DNA from: Phoronis australis
Lineage: Eukaryota > Animalia > Phoronida
DNA length: 64,000 nt
Reading direction: 5' to 3'
Assembly (NCBI GenBank): GCA_002633005.1
Contig: NMRA01000532.1
Coordinates: 1 to 64,000 of the forward strand
Of the stretch, positions 12,237 to 24,700 are shown one piece after another. The first letter of the stretch is position 1. Every line of letters starts with the position of its first letter. The translations under genes and the position numbers were made by a program. Under the pieces are notes generated by a model. The model was not told the DNA's origin and searched no databases. It saw only the letters and a list, made by a program, of their open reading frames with translations.

Positions 12237-12607
12237 GTCGTTGGAACATTTCAGTGCTTTGTATTCTTGTTAAATATCTGGTGATTTGACTGTGAACGAG
12301 TGCAATTTGAAAAAACACTTGGACAATTTACGTAAACTTTAAATATATCGGCAAATCTATGCAGTATGACAAATACTGTACTGGAAAATTACAAAATTTA
12401 ATTCTATAGGGTATTACACTTTTGGACTTGATACTCAATCTGTCCATGACTGTCAAGACTAAGGCCTTGACTTATTCTAGTCTTCTAGTCAACACTACAA
12501 TGCAGATTTTGCTTCTTAGCTCCGTGTTCAGTTGGATCTAACTATCCAAGTTGAAGTCCAGTGGGTACTGTGACATATTGTGTTATATCTATAATTGTTC
12601 CTTATAG

Positions 12608-12707
12608 AGGATATGTGCGGCAAGTTTACCTTTGCTGCACCAAGCTATTCTGTTCTGGAGAGTGCTGGCACGCTAGAAGTGGATGTGTTGTTTCACCGCA
12701 AGAAAAT
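12608..12707 (+). CDS. NCX: NCX exon: start of Calx-beta domain CBD1 ([32 protein letters not shown])
   Basis: ttatag acceptor (12610 is an alternative AG), gtgagt donor at 12708; F.F.AP.Y.VLE..G Calx-beta A/B strands. Confidence 0.9.
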
Positions 12708-15700
12708 GTGAGTGTTTATAAGTGATCTTAGAGCTCGTGAGGGTTCCTAAAAATTCAGTGTTACCGTGATTTGGTCCGCAAAGCGTATCTCTACTATCTT
12801 AGTTGTTGTGGACATTTTTATTCCACTGTGGTTTCCTCAGTCGATAATGTTCCCACTGTATTGTTGGTCTTCAGCACAGTTTTTGTAATCGATGTAGGAT
12901 TCGTGATAATTTTGAATGGTACCTCATAAGCTTTTCAGTTATCCTTTCAGAATTGTATAATATTATGTTGTATCCTGAACTTATCGAGTCAAACTTCTTC
13001 TGACCTATCTAACGTCTTCATGGCACTGAACAAGAAAATCTATAATATGTGAGATGAAATTATTAATAAAAAACAAACGAAATGTTGACTTTTGCATGTG
13101 GAAATCAATTTGTTTTAAATTTTGTTTTTCAGATCCAAGTCCACTTTAAAAGTTGCTGTGAGTAGTCTTTAAGTTCTAATTGTTGAAAAGACAAGTAATT
13201 TTCTCTAGTTTAGAATACCGTACTTGCACTGGCTCAAAAATACTCGATTGAGACACTGTATATATGTTGCTGCTCTTGAACAATTTTTTCAATCCAGATT
13301 TTTATTTCCAATGTTTTACAACTTGATGAATCCAGGATTAAGTAATTGTGTGCAGACCAACTAAATCCGGTAATGTTTTTCACAGTTACTACCCTTACTA
13401 AATTAATACGGTAACCAACAGTTACAAAACTGTTAAAACCCAAGTTCCTGGTTATAGCATCCTTTGTTATGTGAAGAGCATTAATTATAATGGGGCTTTT
13501 GCATTTCTGCTTATACTGTTGAGTTCAGGTTATAACTTTACAAGTGCTTTCTAAACCCACTCACAGAGGTGTAGAACGGAGTGTTGTAACCCTTTGGTGG
13601 TATGGGACATTTGTAAAAAACAAAATTTTTAGTCTCCTAAAACTACAGTACATTACTGTGTCCTGTGGTATGGAGTTATGGTATGCTCGGGGTAACAATG
13701 GAAGTTATTTTACCCCCAAGTTATTTTCCTTTTCTCAGAATGGTGGAACTACCATTGCCAACAACAACACTGACGAAAAGGAAACCACTCTAACAGAAGT
13801 GACACCTATGGACAGGGAACTGGAAGACATTATCACAGGAGTTGTCTCAGTTGATTTTGAGACACGCGAAGGAACCGCTAAGATGGACAAAGATTTCAAA
13901 TTTGCTCAAGGAAAATTGGTAAGCTCAGTTTCAATTCCAGTGCAATAATTTATCGTATTATTTTGGAAATTAATCATTCAATCCGAATGCATTGTCAAGT
14001 TCAAATTTGAATAAATCAATTTAACTGCAATCACTTGAAAATTGTCTGATATCATTTTTGGCTTTAGTAATGGACTTACCCAGAGTATGCAAGTGATATC
14101 TTTATACTAAACATGGAACTTGAGAGATCAGTGAAATGCGTTATTAGCTGGACACTCAGGTCTCAGTTGTGCAATGCTCCAATCTATGTTTCATGAAACA
14201 TCCAGAAAACAACTGAGAAACCTGCATGTTAGGCAAACCGATGCAATGTTTTTCTGGATGATGCTTTCATTTTTATGTGTCCCCCCAGGCTTTATATTGC
14301 CGTCATAACCTCTGTTTGGGCATCTGGTGTAGGCTGCTGTATCTCCTAAATTCCTTGCCCGGTTTTCATGAGATTCAGTAGAGTCGACGTGTTCCTTTGA
14401 AGCTAACTGCAGACAAGTTTCGGACTGAACCGAATGCTGCAGTTACTGCTTAGTAGCAGATTTGGTTTTTTAACTTTGCTTCTGTTTCTACGAAGTTCCT
14501 TGACAGCTTTTTTTTCAAAAAATGGCAAATAGGTTTCGATTGAAACACCAGCAGCCTTCGAATTGTGAATGCATTTGACGATTTTCAACCACTGTCGGAC
14601 ATCTTAATTTATTTTTAGTCTGCTTCTCTATTTGCCAAATCCCTTGAAGGTCATGATTGTGAAGTTTGGAAGATATATTCTTATTGAGGAGAGCACTTCT
14701 GACATTGATTTTTCGACAGGTATTGCTACTGTGGTGTCCCCTAGTGGCCATTTTTTTGCTTTGCTTCTGCCTCAGTATCTACTAAGTTTGTGGATGGACC
14801 CGAGTATTGTGCTGTTTCCTTGTGGAAATTATGATTTTCTTTACATCTGCCTCAGTATTTTCCAACTTCCTTCTATGGAACTTGGTGTAATAGAGCATAT
14901 GTGCTCCTACACTCCTTATTCTGAAAATTGTATCTCGCGTAATGGTTCCAGATTTTAGTTATATCTTATACATGGATGGTAGTATGTTCCCAGTTTTGGA
15001 TGGATATAAACTATTCTGTGCTCCTAGTGACCAATTTTTGATTACTTTTACCTGTGTCTGTGGCATTTGCTTCTATATGTGCCAAAGTGCTTGAAGGATC
15101 ATTATGAAAATTGACGGGTGTGTTCCTACTGAGAAGACTGACTTTGATATTCAGATGGTCCTATCTATTGTGGCAGTCCGTAGGTGCATTTATTTCATCT
15201 GTGGCTATATTTCCTTTATCCTTTGTGGGATGTCCGTGGCAAGTCTTTCCCAGGAATGTGAGAACAACTTTTTACTTTTGGACATATCTGTGCCCCCTAG
15301 TGGCAGTTTGATTTTTTACCACGGCCTGTTTTATTTGACGGATTTTCTGGAATTACAGAGACAACAGCACCTTTTCAACTTTTGAGAGATTTGGTTATTC
15401 TGTGCCACTCAGTGGCCATTTTTAGATTTTTTATTTTATTATTCATTATTTATACATCAATTACCTAAAAAACCACTGAGTCACTGATCAGTCTATTTAA
15501 TCATGCTTTCATTGTCCATTAATTATCACCACGTACCTAAAAACCACAGCCATTGATCTACCTACTGAGTCATTTTTTCATCATTCACTAATTATCCACC
15601 ACTTATACCTAACAAACCACTCATCTGTCTACTCAATCATCCTTTCATTATTCACTAAGTATCCTCCACTTAACTAACAAACCACTCATCTGTCTACTCA

Positions 15701-18700
15701 ATCATCCTCTCATTATTCACTAAGTATCCTCCACTTAACTAACAAACCACTCATCTGTCTACTCAATCATCCTTTCATTATTCACTAAGTATCCTCCACT
15801 TAACTAACAAACCACTCATCTGTCTACTCAATCATCCTCTCATTATTCACTAAGTATCCACCACTTATAACTAACAAACCACTCATCTGTCTACTCAATC
15901 ATCCTCTCATTATTCACTAAGTATCCACCACTTATAACTAACAAACCACTCATCTGTCTACTCACCTACTTTCATTGGCCATTGGCTCAAAAATACTCGC
16001 TAAACTCATTGAGGCACTGTAAATATGTTGCTGCTCTTGAACGTTTTTTTTTTTCAATCCAAAGTTTTACTTCCAATGTTTTACAAACCACTGAGTCACT
16101 GATCTGTCTTTTCAATCATGCTGTCCTTATCCATTAATTCCCATCACTGACCTATCATCCTGTCATTACCCATTATCAAATTACGTAACAAACTCTTACT
16201 AGATATTACTTTCTTGATTCTCTTGTGTTTGAAGACTGTTGTTTTTTGCCATCTTATGATTTTAGAGAATGTGAGATTTTTTTATGTAAATTTGTAATTT
16301 TACTTACAGTTAAGTAACTATGTAAGTAAAAGTATGCATAACCTTTAAAATTTCGGTAAGATTAGAGATTACTCAACTTCCATTTTCCTTCTGAATAATG
16401 TGATTTTGAAGAGATAATTGAGACTCATTTTAGATGTAAAATATTTTTCGTTTCACGTATATCGCTTTAAGGCAAATGTCCTAAAGAGCCAGTCACATGC
16501 TGTTAAAAGACGTCAAGTAAATGCAACTATTTTTGTTGAATCTCGTACTCTCTTCTACTCATTAAGAGATCCTGTAATATGTCATTTAATTGTTGTTTCT
16601 ATGGATGAGTTTTGTGATCAGAGAGATTCCACTGTTTTAGATTTTCCACGAGGAAGAATTCTGTAAAACCATCTCCATACCCATAGTGGCTGATCACCAG
16701 TGGGAAGGAGACAATGAGTTTTACGTTATTTTGAAAAACCCACAAGGTGACTCGGGCCTTGGGGACCCCAGTGTTACACGCGTCCTGATTATTGATGATG
16801 ACGGTAGGTGCAGACATGGTTTGAAGAGATCGCTTGATCGGCTTGGGTATGAGCAACTTCAAATTTGGCAAGCCAAGTGATTTTTATCAAAATAACTTTT
16901 TAGCTGCCGTAGTTGTGTTGGGCACCAATTGGTGCATTATACTGGCAGTGAGACTCGTAAAACAGATGGAGAGAAATTTTAGTTTTTTAAGTTGCTCAGG
17001 CTTGCTGATTAAGTGACTTGTTTGTTATGAGTTTGTGTGTGTTTTCAACGATACCACATTTGTTCATTTTAGGTATTTGCAGAGCACGAGTATAGGAAGA
17101 CAATTTCGGTTCCGATTATCAACGATTTGAATTTCCATAATAATGTTGAGTTCTACGTTATATTAAAAAATCCCGATGGGGACGCGGGTATTGGCGACCC
17201 AAGCATCACCCGTTGCACAATAGTTGATGATGATGGTAAGATAGTCCCCAGTTTTGCACTCCTCTATCCAACTTTTCGCTGTTTTGCCTGTGTGTTTCAC
17301 CTCTATGCCTTCCCGGGAGTTTCTCTTCACTGTTTTAAATGATTCAGCCCGTGCCTTTGCATACACTGAGCTTTAAATGCACTCTCCAGGTGTCACTCCT
17401 CAGCAATGGTCATAAGATAATCCAATGATTTGGACTTTTGTTACTAATACATAATGTCTGTTTTCTCTCCTCTATGCTTAGTTCTAAGGAGTGACCCAGG
17501 GATACCCACTGTAATTTCGCTCACACACAGTTAACCCAAGGGAGTTGACCACAAACAATATAACTTTTACTGTTGCTGTGTTTTATCTCACATATTAAAA
17601 TACAGAAAGCTGCTCATCTTATATATGTTTGTAAGTGAGATTGCCAAATTCTGTTTCGCTGGAGTGTCAAATGTATTTATAAGTTGTTTATTTTTGCCAC
17701 ATTTTACTTTGGGAAAATGAAAAATGTGGACTACACTTAATCTAATCTAACTTGAACAGATCTCTGTAAAAATTGTATCACCAATCACATTTGACAAACT
17801 TAAATACTCGTAAGACGTGTTTTGCGTGACTACCTCGGTCTTTACTGAATTCTTTCCCATCGCACTAGTTGCTACATCCTAACGCATGCTCCTCAAGCCA
17901 GTGAGCTGCGAAAATAGTCACTGGAGAACATCTTCACTCAGTGAAGGTCACATTTTATTGAGCGATGAAACTAACAATGAGATGTCACACTGCCGTTATT
18001 CCGTTTTGCAACATTCTTGCTGTCTCCACTGCTAGCCTATCTGACAGCACTACAGTAGTATAGCTCAGGCTTTTGCTGGTGTTGGAAGGTAGAATGCACA
18101 AAAACAAAATTAATGTAAGGTGTACTCAACATAGTAGAACTCGCCCAATAAAACTAGCTCAGCACACACAAGTGTGAGACCCTCAGCAGAGACTAGCTGT
18201 ATACAACAATGTGATGATAGACAGCACAGTTTTTGGAGAGCGTAGTTTGATTTCAGAATGAAGCTCATCTTTAGCAATCCTTTGGTAAAGTAATTTCTGT
18301 ATCCTCATTTAACACACCCCCTTCCACACAGTGCAACGTCCTACACACATCCTAGCTTTCATTTCCTTTCTTTTAGTCACGCTCTCAAAACTCAAGGGTA
18401 ATAATCCTTTCTATAGTTATTGAGTACATAGCATGTGCTTTTAAGACCTAGTAGTCATTGGTATAGTCTTGGTGTTACATGTGACAGGGACGGATATGAT
18501 TAGTTTAAGGATGGGGGCGTCACTAATATCTCTATGGTGCATCCCGTCATTATCGTCTGTGTGAAATGATCCCTCAGAGTCAACTATGTGGAGTAACCCC
18601 CGTCATCTACTCTCAACCACGAGGCTATTTCAGTCACTGAGTTTAGTTTTAGAATATGCAACTGCATAAGGCCAAAAAGCGTAAGTGATTCTGGTCTTTT

Positions 18701-21700
18701 TTGCAAACCGTTTCCATGGTGAGGTATTTTTTCTTGCTTGTTCATAATTTTAAAAGGAAAATGCACCTGAGGTTAAACCAAAATGACGAGGGATTTTTGT
18801 TAATTTTACCCATTGTTTTGTAAATCATTGTCTTCAAAACCTTGCTTGTTCTTGCTGACTGGCTTTTGTGCATCTTTTTAAAAAAGCACAAGACCAGTAG
18901 GCTGACATTGATGGGGCAAGCAATTTTTTTCTTAGTCGAAGAGTACTGGTCTCAAAGTGAGTCTGAGTAACGACCAGAACCAACCAATGCTTTTTTGGCC
19001 TAAAATCAGATACGATTGTGGGAGTAGTGAGTTAATCCGTCCCTGTTCACTTTGCTATATAGTTGTATCTGGGTTACCATAGTAACTTTGCTATTCAATT
19101 CTAGATGTATATAGCTGAAACTCGCTAAGCATTGATGTGTAGAGTTTGATTAGAATACATTTTAGCACTTGCTTGTTAGATTTTATTGAATGATGTGTTG
19201 TGATTAAGGCGTATTTAGTTATTTTAACTAAAATGTTATTGGTGTGATGTGTAGGTGACACCAGCTTGCAAGTTTTAGTAAAATGGACAAGACTGATATA
19301 GATCTGTCATTATCTTGCAAAAATCGCTACATGTAAACAATGCACTTACTGTGCATTTGGAATTATAATTAATGTTTTAGTCTCATTTTCTTAAATAACA
19401 CCAGTGGGATCATATGTTAGATTCTGTTGACTCTAAACTGATTCTGCATTTCAATACATTTTTCAGATACACTTTTATGCGCCTACGATATATGGCGTCA
19501 TCCCCATCCATCCGTCCTTAAGGCGTCCGCTTCTGTATCTCCAAAACCCCTTCATGGATTTTGTGAAATTTTGCAGTCATGCTTGTGTCATGAATGAGAC
19601 AACACAAATGAATTGTTTTGACAGATCTGACTACTGCTGTGCCTCCTAATGGCAATTTTATTTTTTACGTTTGTCTCAGTCTGTCAATTAAAGATCTTTC
19701 CTTGACGAATTTCCATCTGTGACGAATTCAACATAGTCTGCACCACTTAGTGGCCATTTTACTGTGGCACCCCGTAGTGGCTGTTTTTGCTAAGACCCCT
19801 GCAGGATATTTGTTAAATTTGGCAAGTGTATTTCTATGGACGTGACAACGACGACAACTTTCGGAGGTAATTGCAGCAACAGTTGTACTTCATCCCTGGT
19901 GGTAATTTTAGTTTTTCACTATCTTTTGAATATTCAAAATTCCTTGATTAATTTTCATGAAATTTGGCCATAAGTTTACTTTTTTGGATAAATTTGACGC
20001 AAATAGTATGCCACCTACTAGCCATTTTTATTATTTTTTTCAAATTTCATTTTGGTGTCTGCCTTTCTATCTCCAAACCACTAAGAATTGATAATGAAAA
20101 TTTATTTGGCAATTGTGTTTCTTCTGGAAAGTTCCTGGCAAAACATGATGTTTGGACAGACTTACTGATTTGGTGCCCTCTATTGACAATTTTGTTATTT
20201 TTGCCTCAGTGGTTCCATATCTACCATGTACCTCAATAGATAGTCTTGAAATATAAATGATGCGGATTTTGTGTCAAATTTAACTACTGTGGAATCTCCT
20301 ACAGGCAATGCTTGTCTTTGTGTTTGCCTTAATATCTATCAAGTTCTGTGATGCATGTTCATGAAATTTGGCTAATAAGTTACTATCATGAACACATCAC
20401 AAATCCTGTTGCAGACGGATTTGACCTACATTGCCCCCCTACCGGCCTTTTTATTGTTTTTTTTTTGTCTGTTCTTTGTTGTCCTCCCCATAATCTTCCA
20501 AACTTTGTGGAGAATCATGATGAAAAGTGACAGGTGTGTTCCTATTAAGGAAAGCATTGCTGACTTCTTTTGCACCCTATAGGGGTTATTGTTTTAAACT
20601 TACTGGCATTGCTCCCTCTGGTGGGAATGTTTAAAATAGTAACTATCTCTTGTATCTGCTCTGTGTGTGATGCAAGCAGTGGGTACTTATTAATTTTTGC
20701 TTTGTTTACATTCAAAAAGATTTTAAAAGCCAGTGCAGGTACAAACATCAAAAACTGATTAAAACTGTGCTGGATTAGTTGTAGTGAATGATCTACTTAT
20801 CACCCTGAGTATGACAAAGATGGCACATTGATCACTTGTGAAAATATTGGGTACATCTAAGCTGTTTGACGTTGACTTTTACCTTGTCCTGCAGTCTGTC
20901 ACAGCCATTGAGAAAGAGCAAGGCTTATATGTTTGGAAGATTTACTCAGATTTATTCTGCTTCTTCCGTACTTGGTAATGGAGTAGCCTTTATACAGTCA
21001 TATAGTTTTCATAAATTCAATACCTAACAAGCCTTTGGGACCTTCTTTTGCAACACAAATTTGCACTTCTTTCACTGCGACAATGTCCATAGTTTTAATT
21101 TCCTGTGATTGTGTTTTCCTGTCAATGAAATGCAAGCACTCAGATGACCTTTTAACTTTTTCGCGTACATGCATGTTGACCTTTGACCTGCGAACGTCAC
21201 AGTAATGACACCGCAACTGCATGTGAGTGCTGGATCAATTCACATAGAATGTAGCTATCCACTTTTTTGATGAGTATTTAGTTCACGGAATGATTCCATA
21301 TTCACAAGACTAATGTGCATAAGCCATAACCTTTTGTTCAGACACCTGGGGCTGAAACATTTCAATACTAATTTAGTTTCCATTGTTTTATTTCACCAAC
21401 TTACCGCATTCCTATGTGTTTTTAAACTCTTTTTCAGAACCTGGGGAGTTCACTTTTGAAAAATCTCATTTGTACGCTGACCCCAGCAATGGGGTCGCTA
21501 CGGCAACTGTGATGCGTCAGAAAGGCTGTGATGGGACTGTTACTATAGAGTTCTCAACAATGTAAGTTTCTTCAAACACTTTAACTTCGGATTGTTTAGG
21601 ATAATTTGAATATGATGAAATTTTTAAGATATGGAGTAATCATTTTGAAGTAGAACAAAATGACACATTTCCTTTCAAGGTCAGTCAGTGTGAAGTAATT

Positions 21701-24700
21701 GCCTCTATTGGTGGAGAACTTTTAACTTATAACTGGCAATTTACATTGTGCTATCATCTGAGGTATCCTGTTGGGGCTGAAAGGAAAACATCTTGGTAAT
21801 CTTCTATTTTTGTGGTTAGGTGTTATTACTTCAGTGTTGAAAATCCTTTATTCACTCACTTTAGAAATTTGTTCACAATTTTTGATTCTTAGAATTTAAG
21901 GAAAATATGCCTTGTAGTTAAATGAAAACCAGTGGCTCGGTTGTTTATTTTTGCTAATTGTGTTTCCACCAACAGTGATGGTCTGGCTAAAGGGGGTCCG
22001 TCAGATAGTGAGGAGGCCGACTACGTAGCAAGTGGCGGTATTTTGGAGTTTAAGCACGGGGAGACCAGCAAAGAAATCAGCGTCCAGTTGAATAAAGCAC
22101 TTACTACAAAGGTATAATGAGGAGTAGTATTGAGAAAATATAACGAGATAAGGAAGGTGTAAGGATGGGTAATAAATGGAGGTCCTCTGATAGTGATGGA
22201 ACTTGAAGTAACAGGAATTACGTATTTTAAACAAATGAGTACCTTTTGCTTATTACAAAAATATCACAAACTGAGTGGTATTATTTGTTATTTGAGCTTG
22301 ATTAAAGTTTTAGTTTTCAGAGGAAACTATAAGCTGCTAGATATAAAAATTTGTGTTTGCGAATTGCGATTTTTCCCCGTAGCATTGGCTGTATGCAAGT
22401 CGACTCCTTAACAAATGATGTGAAGTGTGCAAGAACATGGAATACATTTTAAATTCTTAGAGAGGCTTCATTGTTTTGTTTTCAGGGCTTCAAGAACTTT
22501 ATCGTTGCATTGAGGAACCCAAGCTTAGGAGCAAAAATTGGAGAGCACAGCGCCACAGTGGTCAATCTTACACAAGGTGGGATATGGTGATGGGCAGTTT
22601 GTGTTTTGGAGCTTTGTTTCTTGCTTTACATTTAAGAAATCCAAATTGGATCACTTTGTTTCTTGCTTTACAATTAAGAAATCCAAAATGGATCACTTTG
22701 TTTCTTGCTTTACATTTAAGAAATCCAAAATGGATCACTACAGCTATAACCACGTCTAATGAAAATGAATATTGTCGGAAAGACAACTAATTGAAGTTGA
22801 ATCTCATTAAGTCAAATTAACATTTTCTGTAGAAGTGACGTGTATTTGATAAGTGACTTTACGGGGGAGGTGCAGGCCCTCTACTGACATGACAAAAAAT
22901 GTCATCGTTGGCATCTTTCAAAGCTTTGTAGCTTTTGAAAATCTCGTCTAAGTGGCAAATATGTATTTAAAGTACATTGTTTTACGCCACCAAATTTTGT
23001 GATTTTTCAGTGTCTGCTATGAATTTGTTCAATTAGGTGTGCTACTTCTTAACTGTACGTCTTGAGTTTGCATGAAATTGTCTACTATTCCAGATGAAAT
23101 AGGCGACCGCATTGCTGAAATATTGGACGATGACGAAGACGAAAAAATCTCTTGGGGGGAGCAGTTCAGGAAGTATGTATTTTCAGTTATTATGTTATTC
23201 CATGTGTTATTTTATTTTACGTTATTCCAAGTGTTATTTTATTTTATGTTATTCTAAGTGTTATTTACATTTATTTATTTCAAGTGTTATTTTATTTTAC
23301 ATTATTCCAAGTGTTATTTTATTTTACATTTTTCCAAGTGTTACTTTTTTGAGTTCAGCTATTTTTAAAAAGTAGACAGTGTACGTGTTTGCACAGCTTT
23401 TTCACGTACGACAAATTGAAACCAGGCACATATTAACTACCACTGAAATTCTAACAGTTACGAGCGGTGTTATGTTGCTGTATCAGCACATGCTTTGGTA
23501 CTGTCAAGCGACTTGACAATAGTAAACCCAGTAAGTCACCGACTGCCTCCCGTACAGTATTGATAACCATAAACATACTGACTTTCTCACTTACAGTATC
23601 ACTACAGCCCAGACATCGATAATCTCGCCTGTATAAATAATTACAATTCCACACCGACTGCACAATTAGGGTACCAATCTCGGCGACAAACGCACATTTG
23701 CAGCACAATTTCACATTTTATTCTCAGTACAGTTGACACAGTGACTATACGATCATTTTTCAAAATTGTAACTTACACCTGTCCCACTTAATACCAATTA
23801 CGTTAGCTCACCACATAGCTTGGTCATTTTTCCTGTTCATCTTTAGGTATTACAGCGTAATAAATACTCTGGAGGTTGGTGTAAATAGGCCAATAGGTTA
23901 TAAATGATATGTTAGTACATGGCCATTTTAAAGCAGTTTCGGGATGTCTAACTGAAAATGGCAACTGTAGTAAGACCGAACATTAACTGCCATATTATAA
24001 TAGGAATGAGAATTATGGTTATGGGAGTGCCTGTAATGAGTCAGTGTACTGATATTATAATTATTATAATTTCAAATAATGCAAATGGTGTTTGTGCTTG
24101 TTCAGTTCCATGAAGATTGAGGCAGACGAGGACGAGGATGGGAACGAGATACCCCTTAAGTGGTACGACTATGCGCTGCACTTCGTCATGTTTGCATGGA
24201 AAATCTTCTTTGCCTTTATTCCACCCACGTGAGTATTACAGGGACGTGCATGAGACGCCTGAGTGTCTTTCCAGTTATGCTATAACTTCCTCTCTTTTAA
24301 TGGCCATGTCAGACTAGAGTGGTAATGTGAATTAATTTCTGATAGTAGGCATCTGTGCATATGTTGGGAGAATGCTACGTTTTTTTCCTTTCTGGTACTC
24401 TGATATTTAGCTAGCCCAGGCATACTTTTGGAATTAGGAGGTCTATCAACCAAAAACGGTTAATTTATAGTAGGTTGTGAAGTGTGTTTGCAAATATGAA
24501 AAACTAAAAACAACATAATGATTAAAATGGGTTTCTAAAACTGCAGACTGACGTGATAATTGACTGTAAATTTAGCTTTTGCTGACACTGTTCATTATTG
24601 GGAACCCTTCAGGACCTGAGAAATTACATATAACTGGGGCCCAAAAATAGCTAGGCTATGGGCCTATACGTGGATAATTTTTCTAATATAGGCTATGCAG

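Noticed and set aside
16641-17235. Extra tandem Calx-beta domain from including both duplicated exons
   Set aside because: 163 nt is not a multiple of three and only half a domain is duplicated, so co-inclusion frameshifts.
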